A stretch of DNA of 64,000 nucleotides from the NCBI RefSeq assembly GCF_032444005.1, contig NC_091283.1, forward strand, positions 420,422,001 to 420,486,000, given 5' to 3'. The notes beneath the pieces were generated by a model. The model ran no database searches. It was given only the letters and a program-made list of their open reading frames with translations, and was not told the origin of the DNA. The DNA is from Ranitomeya imitator (Eukaryota). Both the position numbers and the translations under genes were made by a program. Positions 10,670 to 20,619 of the stretch are shown one piece after another (within the stretch, counting starts at the first letter, position 1; each line of letters starts with the position of its first letter).

Positions 10670-10720
10670 AGTTTTGAAGAAAAGCTAAAGACTACGATAT
10701 AGTAAAATATAAACGCAAAA

Positions 10721-10871
10721 ATCTGTTCTTATCAGTTTAATATCTGATACGTCCCCTATTTGGGGACCATATATTAAATGGATTTTTAGAACAGGGAGCT
10801 GGAAATGGAGCTTGCTCTGTCCACTCCACGCATTGACCCGTTATTGCAGTATCTCCGGGAACAGTGCACCC
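10721..10871 (+). ncRNA. RNU2: U2 snRNA 3' fragment (nt 38-188), variant A
   Basis: Same sequence as 4359-4509. Confidence 0.97.
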
Positions 10872-11782
10872 CTTCTCTGATCCGGTTTCCAAAAACAGAT
10901 TGAATTGAAATCAGCCCAGCAAGTTGTCATTTAACACTTTCTGAGAATTCTTTTCAGGGTCAAAGAAGCACGTTTCAGGTGGCAAATGTAGCAATTTGCT
11001 CAATTTCACTGGACCGTTTGCAACATTTCCTGTGCCTTGCTTTCACCTGTGCATGTTCAGCATTGGATTGCATCCAATATGCAATCAATCAATCAATCAA
11101 GCAATCAATCAAGCAATCTTTGCTGGTTGCAACAGGTGTGTTAAGATGTAGGCCCGAATGAGGCCTTTGTAACAGTGTTGCTAATATATTGTGCCATCTA
11201 CAAAATTAGGCCCCTGCCTGCTGTCTGTCAGCATGAAGTGTTTAAATTGAAGTATCCTACGAGTAGTTCGGCCATACATACTACATTTGTGACCGCATGC
11301 ACAAATTCCTTTGTAAAACATTGGCTCCCTCTTGTGGACCACTACTGACTTTTTTAATTATGTGGTGTATGATATGTATTTCAATAAAGAAGGAAAAATG
11401 GTGTCTGTGATGGATGATCTTGAATGTGCTAGTCTTGTCTATTTTGTCTTGTACTGTGTGAGTAGTATTCTAATGCTTTTGACCAACTAGGTGCGCTGCT
11501 GCCTGCCTGCCTGCCTGCAGTAGATAGAATCTGTGCACGGAACCTTCACCTGCTGCTGCTGTCACAATGGGGCCTTCAGCCATTGACTCCGGAACTCTCA
11601 CGTGTCACAATGGGCTCTGGACCTATCTAAGGCAGAGAAAAATAGCGCCGTCTTCAGTCTGCTGCTGGAACAGCAGCAGACCACATGGTAGGGGGATTGT
11701 CTTTTTTTTAAAGGGGCAATTTGCAGACTTGCACTAATAGTTGCACTCTGGAGCGCCAAAGGGATGGAAGGTGTGTTCAGAT

Positions 11783-12052
11783 GGGCGGAGTTATGCAGAT
11801 CAGGCGGAGTTATGCAGATTAGGCGGAGTTAGGCAGATTTTTTAAAAACGCGTTGGGCCCAACTTGAACACACCCCCACACACCCCCACACACCCCCCCA
11901 CACCCCCACACACACCAGAACTGCCATTTGAGAAGGCATCCAGAGTTTAGAAAAAAAATGTCTTCCCCTGGGCAATCATCTTTTGGGCTCTCTCCACAGT
12001 GAGTCCTGGTTGTAGGCCATGGGGCGTCCGGAGTGGCAAACCATTTCAGGCT
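11783..12052 (+). promoter_or_regulatory. U2 promoter (DSE + PSE)
   Basis: Copy of 5423-5683. Confidence 0.85.
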
Positions 12053-12074
12053 ATCGCTTCTCGGCCTTTTGGCT
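12053..12074 (+). ncRNA. RNU2: U2 snRNA 5' fragment (nt 1-22)
   Basis: Exact match, then GCGATC. Confidence 0.95.
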
Positions 12075-12284
12075 GCGATCGATCAGTTTAACTGTGAGAT
12101 TGTAGTCAGGTCGGGTGCTTTCGGTACCCTCTCTCTCGGCCTGGGGGGATCGCTCCTCTTCGGAGGGGCTTCACCCCCCTGCTGCTATAGGGAGAGAGGA
12201 TTAGTCCGGAGCAACGAGTTGCGATCGCCTTAAAAGGGCGCTAGCCTTTTTTTGTGTTTACAGCTGGAGTTCTTTCTCGGAAGG

Positions 12285-13781
12285 ATGCCGGCTGCACTTA
12301 CCTTTGCATCGGGTGAACCCCGGATGAGGAACACGGTCCGTATCGAGGTCTTGGAGAGATTCCGGAAGGAGAAAGAAATCCGCTACGTTTGCAACACCGT
12401 CCTTCTTGGGATCCTGGAGTTCGGCAGAGAGGACATCTTCTGTTTTCAGGACAATGAGCAGAAAGGTACTTATACTATTACCTTTAGGAGCCATGGTTGT
12501 TGTCAGCAGTTGGTCCAAAAGGTGAATGACAACATCTTTGCTGATGAACTGGAGGGCCTGGTCTTCTCCCTGCTTTTCGTCCAAGAGGAGGTACAAATGA
12601 TTGTTTTCTTTCCAAATCCTTTTGTGGAAGTACTGGACATTTTAACCTGTTTGCGTCGCTATTGCGATGAAGTAACCTTTCAAGGGAATGTTAAAAACGC
12701 CGTTGGTTTCTGGTGTGGCAAGCGGAAATTCCTGGTGCGGCTGAAGAAAAATCCGGAGGGCTTTGGAGGAACAGAACATCCCCCCTCTACCATCACCATT
12801 GGGAAGAGCCGTGGCTACTTATTCTACACAGGTATGCCTATGTATTGCAGGAACTGTGGCAAGATGGGGCATACCCAAGGGAATTGTGTGGAAAGAAGGG
12901 CATTCCGCTGCAGCAATTGTGGTCAATTCGGACACTTCATGAAGGATTGCCCTCAAAAGAAGGCTTGTAACCTATGCGGGGAGGTTGGACATATGTTCCG
13001 AGGATGCCCACATAGGACTAAAGTCCGTACGTATGCAGAGGCGGCTGAGAGACCCGTGCCAAGGCAGGAACCAGCTATTGTCCCGGTCCATGCTGAGCTG
13101 AGTATCCCGGAGACCGGAGTAAGGCCTGAGCCAAGTCCCACTGTTCCTACAGCAGGGGAGGCGGCTGAGAAGGCCAAGGGCGCAGAGGAGAAGGTGGGGA
13201 CGGAGCAGGAGTGTGGTGGCCCTCAGGGAGGCCCTCCTGTGTCGAAGTCCCGGAAAAAGGGCGGAGGGCGGACCACCCAGAGACTGGAGCAGGGGGACTC
13301 TCCCGTTGGGGGGGTAACCCTTGTGTCGAAGGTCTCGAATGAGGCTGGTGTGTTGGAGCAGAGCGCCCCCACTATGTTGGCGGTGGGGGGCACTGTGGCG
13401 AAGACCCCAGTCATTCCCAGGGACTCGAGCCAGCAGACCGCAGTTTTTTCTCCTACAGGTGATGGTGTGGATGAGGTCATTGTGCCAGATCCGGAGGCCC
13501 CCCAGGAAGTAAGAGGCCATGTAGCTATCACAGAGGACGACTGTACGAGTGAGCTGCCTGAGCCTTCTGGAAAGAAGCTGCGAGGGGATACTCTTCTGGA
13601 GGCCAATCCAGAGTCTCCGGATGTGTGTTTTCCCAGCGGAGACATGTGGCTGAACACGGACTCTTCTGGGTATCCATTACCGGGTTCCTCGGATCCCCAG
13701 AACATTGACTCTTTTTCCACACTGCCAGATGTGATTGAGGAGTTTATGGAAGTCATTGAGGATATCTCTCCTCCCTCATGA
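12285..13781 (+). CDS. E3 ORF1 zinc-knuckle protein
   Basis: CRNCGKMGH, CSNCGQFGH, CNLCGEVGH; first ATG at 12285. Confidence 0.9.
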   Translation: MPAALTFASGEPRMRNTVRIEVLERFRKEKEIRYVCNTVLLGILEFGREDIFCFQDNEQKGTYTITFRSHGCCQQLVQKVNDNIFADELEGLVFSLLFVQEEVQMIVFFPNPFVEVLDILTCLRRYCDEVTFQGNVKNAVGFWCGKRKFLVRLKKNPEGFGGTEHPPSTITIGKSRGYLFYTGMPMYCRNCGKMGHTQGNCVERRAFRCSNCGQFGHFMKDCPQKKACNLCGEVGHMFRGCPHRTKVRTYAEAAERPVPRQEPAIVPVHAELSIPETGVRPEPSPTVPTAGEAAEKAKGAEEKVGTEQECGGPQGGPPVSKSRKKGGGRTTQRLEQGDSPVGGVTLVSKVSNEAGVLEQSAPTMLAVGGTVAKTPVIPRDSSQQTAVFSPTGDGVDEVIVPDPEAPQEVRGHVAITEDDCTSELPEPSGKKLRGDTLLEANPESPDVCFPSGDMWLNTDSSGYPLPGSSDPQNIDSFSTLPDVIEEFMEVIEDISPPS

Positions 13782-13786
13782 CATAA

Positions 13787-16700
13787 ATGCCATCCATGAG
13801 GTGTCTCTCACTTAATGTGAGATCTCTAAAGAGCCCTGTCCGCAGGGCTGCTCTTTTTGATTTTTTTGAAACATTAGACTTTGATATATGTTTTTTACAG
13901 GAGTGTGGTCTGCAGCATGGAATCCGGTATAACGAGATAAAAAAGGACTGGAAACTAGGGCCCTCTGTATGGTCGGGCTCGAACGAAAACAAGTCTGCTG
14001 GTGTGGGTCTGCTCTGCCGAGGTAATAACATCATCATCTCCTCTGTTACTGAGATTGTACCCGGCAGAGCTATCCTAGTGCATTTGTGTTTTAATAATTT
14101 TAATTTCCGTGTCATTAATGTGTACGCTCCACCAGATAAACAGGAGCGTATACGTTTGTTTGAAATTCTACCGGTATTCTGTGTAGGGTCATCTCCTCTC
14201 TTGGTAGCTGGGGACTTTAATTGCCTGAATGTGCGCCGAGGAGGGGGTGACCCAATCCGTAAGTTAGATAAGTCGTGTTTTTTACTAAATAGCTTGCAGA
14301 CTGATTTTAAGTTATGCGATGCCTGGAGGTCGCTTTCGCCGACGGACCCAGGATTTACATGGTCCGGTCGGGGAGTGGCTTCCAGGATCGATTTTATGTT
14401 TTTATCTGAGGATTTTAGCCCTGTACAATTTGTTTTAATGCCTAATTTATTCTCTGATCATAAAATGTTAAGCGTAAAGATAGAGTATCAAGGAGAGCTG
14501 AGGATAAATAGAGGTTTGTGGCGTCTGGGGGTCCATTTGCTGGAAGACCCTCAGGTGAGGTCAGACTTCTGTAATGCCTACCAGGAATGGAGACAGTTAA
14601 GGCCTCCATATATTAAAATCCTATCCTGGTGGGAAGTGATCAAAGATAAAATAAGGTTTTTTTTTATCAGGGCTGGAAAGAGGAAGGCACAGCGGAAAAA
14701 GCAGATTTATGTGAATTTAAATATGAGACTGCAAACTCTCCATAAATTTAAAGAGATAGGACTAGAGGTGGAAGATGATATTGCAAGCCTAAAAACTGAA
14801 ATACAATTGTGCCTTGATCAAAAAGGTAAAGAAATAATTTTTAATTCCAAAGTGAAACATTTAGAAGAAGGTGAGAAGTGTACACGTTTCTTTTTTAAAA
14901 AAGTGATGGAGAAAAAGGAGACGATCACCTGTCTTGATGGAGAAACAACTGTGGAAGGTATGAAGAAGGTGGCTTTTAATTTTTATAGAGACCTTTTTAG
15001 TAAAAAAAGTGTAAATAATGTTTTTTTACAAGATGCTCTTAATATCCTGGATTTTAAGTTAAGTTCTGTAGACCAGGGGTTTTTAATAGAAGATCTTAGC
15101 ATGGAAGAACTTTTTAGTGTTTTTAAAAGTTTTTCAAAAGGGAAAGCCCCAGGAGCAGATGGTCTACCTGTTGAATTTTATTTGACTTTTTGGGATGTTT
15201 TAAAGGAGGATCTTTTAGCACTTTTTAAAGAGGTTTTTATGTGTTCAGAGCTGCCTAAGTCATGGAGGAGGGGGATAGTGTCCTTAATTTATAAGAAAAA
15301 GGGCGCTCGTGATGACCTCAGAAATTGGAGGCCTATCACCCTCCTCAACATGGACTATAAAGTTTTAGCTAAAATTATTGCTTGTCGTTTTAAAACTGTG
15401 ATTAATAAATTGATACAACCCGAACAAGTATGTGGAGTACCAGGGAGGAATATTGCTGAGATTTTAAATGTTATTAGAGATGCAATATGGTACTCTAGGG
15501 ATAGAAGTCAGAGCCTGGCCCTGTTGGCGCTGGACTTTGAAAAGGCGTTTGACAGGGTCTCGCATGAGTATCTTTTTAAAGTTTTAAAACAAATGGCGAT
15601 CCCCGACATGTTTTTATCTCGTATTATGATTTTATATAATAATGTGTTTTCTCAAATTTCTGTCAATGGTTTTTTAACAGATTTTATCCCGTTGGAATCC
15701 GGAGTGAAGCAGGGGTGTCCATTATCCCCAATTCTTTTTATTTGTGCTATGGAACCCCTGCTGTGTATGATCCGGAGAGATAAAGTGGTCCGAGGGGTTC
15801 CTATTCCGGGTGGAGGAGGGGCCCAAGTCAAAGTATTTGCCTACATGGATGATGTTACTGCCATCTGTACAGATCCTGCTTCACTCCGGAGAGTGGTAAT
15901 GTGCACCAATTTTTTTAGTCAGGCTTCAGGTTTTAAAATGAATTTTAATAAAACTGAATGTTTGATTTTGGGTTCCTGGGATACAAATGACCTACCAGCA
16001 GTAAAATTGAGGCACGACGAGGTAAAAATTTTGGGTATAGTATTTGATGCTAAAAATGATGGACACGTGAGCTGGGAGGAGGTACAGCATAAAATGGTGA
16101 AAAAGCTCTCCTTCTGGAATTTGAGATGCTTGTCGATTGAAGGGAAAATTTTAATTATTAAATCTGTTTTATTGCCTATGATGCTTTATGTTGCCATGGT
16201 ATATCCTCCTTCTGAGTTGATACTAAAAAAACTAACTCGATGTATTTTTATGTTCATTTGGGGATCAAAAATGGAAAAGCTGAGGCGAACGGAAATGTAC
16301 AAGAAACAACAAAATGGAGGAAAAGATGTCCCTGACTTGCATTTGTATTTATATGTAAATTTCTTTTGTTTTTGTTTTAAAGTTTTTAACACTAATTCTA
16401 CTTTTAGTCTGTTTTTAAAATATACTTGCGGTTTTATCTTTAAAAAATGGTTCAGGCCATGTTTATCAGCACCCATTTTATTATGCCCGCCCAAGCATTT
16501 TATTGTTTTAGAAAAGGTGATAAGGACTCATAAATTAAAGGACTTGGATGCCGATCTCCTTCTGGACAGAAAAAAATTGATGGTTCATCTGAGAAGAGAA
16601 GAAGGAGTGTCCCCTGTGAGCAACTTCTCCTGGAGTAGATCCAAGCGTGTGTGGAGGAACGTTTTTGGGAAATTCTTGGCCAACATTCACAAAGACATCG

Positions 16701-17170
16701 CATGGATGGCTGCCCACCAGTGCCTCCCAACCAGAGACTTCCAGCACAGGAGAGGCCTGGTGGCGCGGGCAAAGTGCCCAAGAGACTCTTGCCGAGAGGA
16801 TGAGACTGTTTTGCACCTTTTCTGGAACTGCTGTTTTGCACAAGAACTTTGGGGGAGATTGGGGATACTTTTAAAATGGGTTTGTGGTCTTAAAGATTTT
16901 AGCTATGAGTATGTTTTATATGGACTTTTTAATTGCCCCACTACACACCAGTTCAAAGTATGCTGGTGTATAATAAACTGTGCCAAAAATGCAATCTGGA
17001 AAGCGAGAAACATTTTACTTTTTAACCGTGATTTTATCTCTGTAAATGATTGTATTAAATTGGCTTTTAGTGAAATGTTTATTTATTTCTTAAAGGATGT
17101 TAAAGATGTGGGGAAGAAGGAAGCGAATCGTAGATGGTGTTTTTATATGTGGAATACTGTTTTATATTAA
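13787..17170 (+). CDS. E3 ORF2 APE-RT-CCHC (1127 aa, intact)
   Basis: SLNVR, LQEC, GDFN, SRID, FSDH; DFEKAFD, QGCPLSP, AYMDD. Confidence 0.97.
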   Translation: MPSMRCLSLNVRSLKSPVRRAALFDFFETLDFDICFLQECGLQHGIRYNEIKKDWKLGPSVWSGSNENKSAGVGLLCRGNNIIISSVTEIVPGRAILVHLCFNNFNFRVINVYAPPDKQERIRLFEILPVFCVGSSPLLVAGDFNCLNVRRGGGDPIRKLDKSCFLLNSLQTDFKLCDAWRSLSPTDPGFTWSGRGVASRIDFMFLSEDFSPVQFVLMPNLFSDHKMLSVKIEYQGELRINRGLWRLGVHLLEDPQVRSDFCNAYQEWRQLRPPYIKILSWWEVIKDKIRFFFIRAGKRKAQRKKQIYVNLNMRLQTLHKFKEIGLEVEDDIASLKTEIQLCLDQKGKEIIFNSKVKHLEEGEKCTRFFFKKVMEKKETITCLDGETTVEGMKKVAFNFYRDLFSKKSVNNVFLQDALNILDFKLSSVDQGFLIEDLSMEELFSVFKSFSKGKAPGADGLPVEFYLTFWDVLKEDLLALFKEVFMCSELPKSWRRGIVSLIYKKKGARDDLRNWRPITLLNMDYKVLAKIIACRFKTVINKLIQPEQVCGVPGRNIAEILNVIRDAIWYSRDRSQSLALLALDFEKAFDRVSHEYLFKVLKQMAIPDMFLSRIMILYNNVFSQISVNGFLTDFIPLESGVKQGCPLSPILFICAMEPLLCMIRRDKVVRGVPIPGGGGAQVKVFAYMDDVTAICTDPASLRRVVMCTNFFSQASGFKMNFNKTECLILGSWDTNDLPAVKLRHDEVKILGIVFDAKNDGHVSWEEVQHKMVKKLSFWNLRCLSIEGKILIIKSVLLPMMLYVAMVYPPSELILKKLTRCIFMFIWGSKMEKLRRTEMYKKQQNGGKDVPDLHLYLYVNFFCFCFKVFNTNSTFSLFLKYTCGFIFKKWFRPCLSAPILLCPPKHFIVLEKVIRTHKLKDLDADLLLDRKKLMVHLRREEGVSPVSNFSWSRSKRVWRNVFGKFLANIHKDIAWMAAHQCLPTRDFQHRRGLVARAKCPRDSCREDETVLHLFWNCCFAQELWGRLGILLKWVCGLKDFSYEYVLYGLFNCPTTHQFKVCWCIINCAKNAIWKARNILLFNRDFISVNDCIKLAFSEMFIYFLKDVKDVGKKEANRRWCFYMWNTVLY

Positions 17171-17288
17171 GTTGTTTCATGTTGTTGTATTTTATTATTG
17201 TAATTGTTTATGTTTCTTTTGCACAAAAGGTTTCATTTTTTCTTGTTGTTCTATGTCTTATGACTAAATAAAATTTTGTTGAAACCTT

Positions 17289-17439
17289 ATCTGTTCTTAT
17301 CAGTTTAATATCTGATACGTCCCCTATTTGGGGACCATATATTAAATGGATTTTTAGAACAGGGAGCTGGAAATGGAGCTTGCTCTGTCCACTCCACGCA
17401 TTGACCCGATATTGCAGTATCTTCGGGAACAGTGCACCC
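17289..17439 (+). ncRNA. RNU2: U2 snRNA 3' fragment (nt 38-188), variant B
   Basis: CCCGATATTGCAGTATCTTCGGG in stem-loop IV. Confidence 0.97.
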
Positions 17440-18450
17440 CTTCTCTGATCCGGTTTCTAAAAACAGATTGAATTGAATTGAAATCAGCAGAGCAAGTTGT
17501 CATTTAACCCTTTCTGAGAATTCTTTTCAGGGTCAAAGAAGCACGTTTCAGATGGCAAATGTAGCAATTTGCTCAATTTCACTGGACCGTTTGCAACATT
17601 TCCTGTGCCTTGCTTTCACCTGTGCATGTTCAGCATTGGATTGCATCCAATATGCAATCAATCAAGCAATCAAGCAATCTTTGCTGGTTGCAACAGGTGT
17701 GTTTAGATGTAGGCCCGAATGAGGCCTTTGTAGCAGTGTTGCTAATATATTGTGCCATCTACAAAATTAGGCCCCTGCTGTCTGTCTGTCAGTATGAAGT
17801 GTTTAAATTGAAGTATCCTACGAGTAGTTCGGCCATACATACTCCATTTGTGACCGCATGCACAAATTACTTTGTAAAACATTGGCTCCCTCTTGTGGAC
17901 CACAGACTTTTAATTATGTGGTGTATGATATGTATTTAAATAAAGAAGGAAAAATGGGGTGGGTCTGTGAAGATCTTGCTTGAATGTGCTAGTCTTGTCC
18001 ATCTTGTCTTGCACTGTGTGAGTAGTATTCTAATGCTTTTGACCAATTAGGTGCGCTGCTGCTGACTGCAGTAGATAGAATCTGTGCACGGAACCTTCAC
18101 CTGCTGTCACAATGGGGCCTTCAGCCATTGACTCCGGAACTCTCACGTGTCACAATGGGCTCTGGACCTATCTAAGGCAGAGAAAAATGGCGCCGTCTTC
18201 AGTCTGCTGCTGGAGCAGCAGCAGACCACATGGTAGGGGGATTGTCTGTCTGTGCCCAGCTTCAGGGCAGCTGGCAAGACAACTGCTAGCCCGTCTGGTG
18301 TTTGAATTACACACTCGCTCTGCCCGTTTCTTGAATAGCCCTCTTTACCTTGACAAGTCAGCTGGTATGTCACTCTCCATCCATCAGGAGGAACGTTACC
18401 CCTTAGACCCCAGTCCAGTGCCTCTCACTTAGCCAAATCAGTTCTCTTGC

Positions 18451-18495
18451 TTCGCACTGACGAGGGCCAAGAGCCCTAAACACCGTGTCTGCGAA
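18451..18495 (+). ncRNA. Type I hammerhead ribozyme fold with G12U
   Basis: TTCGCA-CTGACGA-GGGC caaga GCCC-TAAA-CA ccg TG-TC-TGCGAA. Confidence 0.75.
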
Positions 18496-18600
18496 TTGAG
18501 ATGCTGTTGTTTTTTGTTTTTTTTTGTAAAGGGGCAATTTGTAGACCTGCACTAATAGTTGCACTCTTTAGCGCAAAAGGGATGGAGGGTGTGTTCAAAT

Positions 18601-18829
18601 GGGCGGAGTTATGCAGATTAGGCGGAGTTATGCAGATTTCAAAAACGCGTTGGGCCCAACTTGAACACACCCCCACACACCCCCCACACACACCAGAACT
18701 GCCATTTGAGAAGGCATCCAGAGTTTAGAAAAAAATGTCTTCCCCTGGGCAATCATCTTTTGGCCTCTCTCCACAGTGGGTCTTGGTTGCAGGCCATGGG
18801 GCGTCCGGAGTGGCAAACCATTTCAGGCT
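18601..18829 (+). promoter_or_regulatory. U2 promoter (2x GC-box/octamer DSE + PSE)
   Basis: GGGCGGAGTTATGCAGAT twice; CTCTCCACAGTG PSE. Confidence 0.85.
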
Positions 18830-18865
18830 ATCGCTTCTCGGCCTTTTGGCTAAGATCAAGTGTAG
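18830..18865 (+). ncRNA. RNU2: U2 snRNA 5' fragment (nt 1-36)
   Basis: Exact to ...AAGATCAAGTGTAG. Confidence 0.95.
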
Positions 18866-19107
18866 GATTTTCTTGCATTTGGTCGAAGTCCTTTAGGTGC
18901 CTGGGGTACCCCGCCTCTCGGCCTTGGGTGCGGGTCCCACTCTTGTAGTGGGATCCAATCCCTTGTTGCTATAGGGAGGTGGGCTTAGTCCCTAGGCAAC
19001 GAGTTGCGATCGCCCTAGCCAGGTAGTCTTTGGATTACTTGGTGCCCTTCTTTGTTGCGGAACACTCCCGTTTGTTGCGGAACACCCCCGTTTTTTTCCT
19101 TATAACC

Positions 19108-20571
19108 ATGGACCCAGATCCTGGTGATGTTCCAACCTATGCTCTGCTAAAGCATACGGTTCGGATTTATTTTGAGAAAGGTGGAGGAGATGGCCGTGGA
19201 CTAAAATTCGTGGTTGGCAATGTTCTGGAGAAGGCTCTTTCAGTCCGGAAACACGAAATCCTGGCCATCCAGGACTATCCAAGACGCGGTGTCTATGATG
19301 TTACTTTTACCGGAGAAGGTATCCATCAGCATGTTTGTAACCAGGTCATCTCCCCTGATGTGATTATCCAGAAAAACCCTGAACTTAAAGGGGTTAAATT
19401 TGCTATCCATGATTTAGAAGAGACCAGGCTCTTGATTGTTAAAATTTATTCACCCCATATGCAAGAAAGCGAAATCGGAAGATACCTGTTGGGTTTCTTC
19501 AAAAAAGTCAATTGTTTGGGGAAGATTTTGAATGAATGCGGCATTTGGACCTCCAAATGGAGATATGTTGTAACCTGTGTCAAAAATGCCTCAAAACCTG
19601 GAGGAGTAGATTTACCACCAGCTCGTTTTAAAATTGGCAAAACGAATGGCGACCTCTATTTTAATGGCATGCCGTCCTTCTGTAGAAAATGTAAACTATA
19701 TGGGCATTCAAATTGTGACCCGACCTGTGCAAAATGTGGGAGCCAGGAACATAAAACCGAGCAATGCCAGACAGAGAATATGTGTACAAATTGTCTTGCA
19801 AAAGATCATTCTTTTTCCTTTTGTCCTAACAGGAAAAACACAAAAGGAGCACAACCCGAGAAAGAACAGCCTCCGGCCCCCTGCCAACCCTCGGCTGGTT
19901 CTGCTGTCCCCGAAACAAAGGAGGATGAGGAGGAGTCGTTGGACAAGTCGAATGAGGTACCTGGTACAGGTAAGGATGGCTACACTGAAGTGAGGAACGA
20001 GAAAGCGAGACGCAGGAGGGAACGGCAGAAGGAGAGCAGGCAGCAGAAAGAGGACCCCGCAGAGGGTACAGCTGCTTCTGCAAAAAGCCAGCCCTTGTCT
20101 CTGCGATCTTCCGGGACGGCTCAAGGGCGCGGAAAATCGGATTCAAAAAGGCGGAAAGTCCAGGAGAAAACAGGTGGTGCGTCAAGGGAAGTACCCCCAC
20201 AGGAACCCCCTGATGGAGGTGGGAAACCCGAGGAGATGCCCATGGAGGAGCGGGCAACCCCACCCTCTTCAGAGATGGAGAGGGGGTCTGGGGTGGCTGC
20301 CTCAGCCATTCCTGTAACTCCGGTCAGAGGACAGCCGGCACCCGAGCTCGATCTGACCCCTCCGATTGGTCCCCTGGAGGGGGGGCCGGTGGGAGATCAG
20401 GAGCAGGGATGGGAGTCGGCCTACCTGACAAGTAAGGTCTTATTTATGGAGAGTGAGCTCGTCCCGGAAAGTGTAATGCCATCCGAAGCCCTGTCTGATG
20501 GAGAGTCCTCCGAGATCTCTTCCCTCATGACCGTCGCCGACAAGACCGAACCCTCCGATGAGGACATATAA
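19108..20571 (+). CDS. E4 ORF1 zinc-knuckle protein
   Basis: CRKCKLYGH, CAKCGSQEH, CTNCLAKDH; ATG matches E9 start. Confidence 0.9.
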   Translation: MDPDPGDVPTYALLKHTVRIYFEKGGGDGRGLKFVVGNVLEKALSVRKHEILAIQDYPRRGVYDVTFTGEGIHQHVCNQVISPDVIIQKNPELKGVKFAIHDLEETRLLIVKIYSPHMQESEIGRYLLGFFKKVNCLGKILNECGIWTSKWRYVVTCVKNASKPGGVDLPPARFKIGKTNGDLYFNGMPSFCRKCKLYGHSNCDPTCAKCGSQEHKTEQCQTENMCTNCLAKDHSFSFCPNRKNTKGAQPEKEQPPAPCQPSAGSAVPETKEDEEESLDKSNEVPGTGKDGYTEVRNEKARRRRERQKESRQQKEDPAEGTAASAKSQPLSLRSSGTAQGRGKSDSKRRKVQEKTGGASREVPPQEPPDGGGKPEEMPMEERATPPSSEMERGSGVAASAIPVTPVRGQPAPELDLTPPIGPLEGGPVGDQEQGWESAYLTSKVLFMESELVPESVMPSEALSDGESSEISSLMTVADKTEPSDEDI

Positions 20572-20619
20572 GCCAGCTGAGGTAAGAGTTTTTGAATTTC
20601 GTACCTTTTATTTTCTCTT

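Larger units (their letters stand above)
5706..10720 (+). mobile_element. E2: full-length Tx1/Keno-like element
   Basis: 5' UTR, ORF1, ORF2, ~50-nt 3' UTR, very short A-run at U2 nt 38. Confidence 0.95.
12075..17288 (+). mobile_element. E3: full-length Tx1/Keno-like element, both ORFs intact, no A-tail
   Basis: Ends ...GAAACCTT directly before U2 ATCTGTTC. Confidence 0.95.
17440..18829 (+). repeat. Type B (~1.4 kb) U2 spacer; also 24374-25785, 31104-32514, 37833-39242, 44588-45975, 51658-54635 (with Tc1), 60155-61547
   Basis: Near-identical copies, variable (CTGT)n and CAC tracts, extra ~275-bp segment. Confidence 0.92.

Noticed and set aside
12075-12230. HDV-like ribozyme in the 5' UTR
   Set aside because: No nested P1/P2/P3 pseudoknot or J4/2 catalytic C found; the CU-rich stretch covaries with a downstream strand rather than forming L3
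18112-18432. Recurrent spacer ORFs (MGPSAIDS..., MTYQLTCQ..., MLSPVHVQ..., MSFNPFGE...)
   Set aside because: They recur only because the spacer is repeated; no recognisable domain; the frame is truncated in type A spacers. I could not support a Penelope GIY-YIG remnant by eye.
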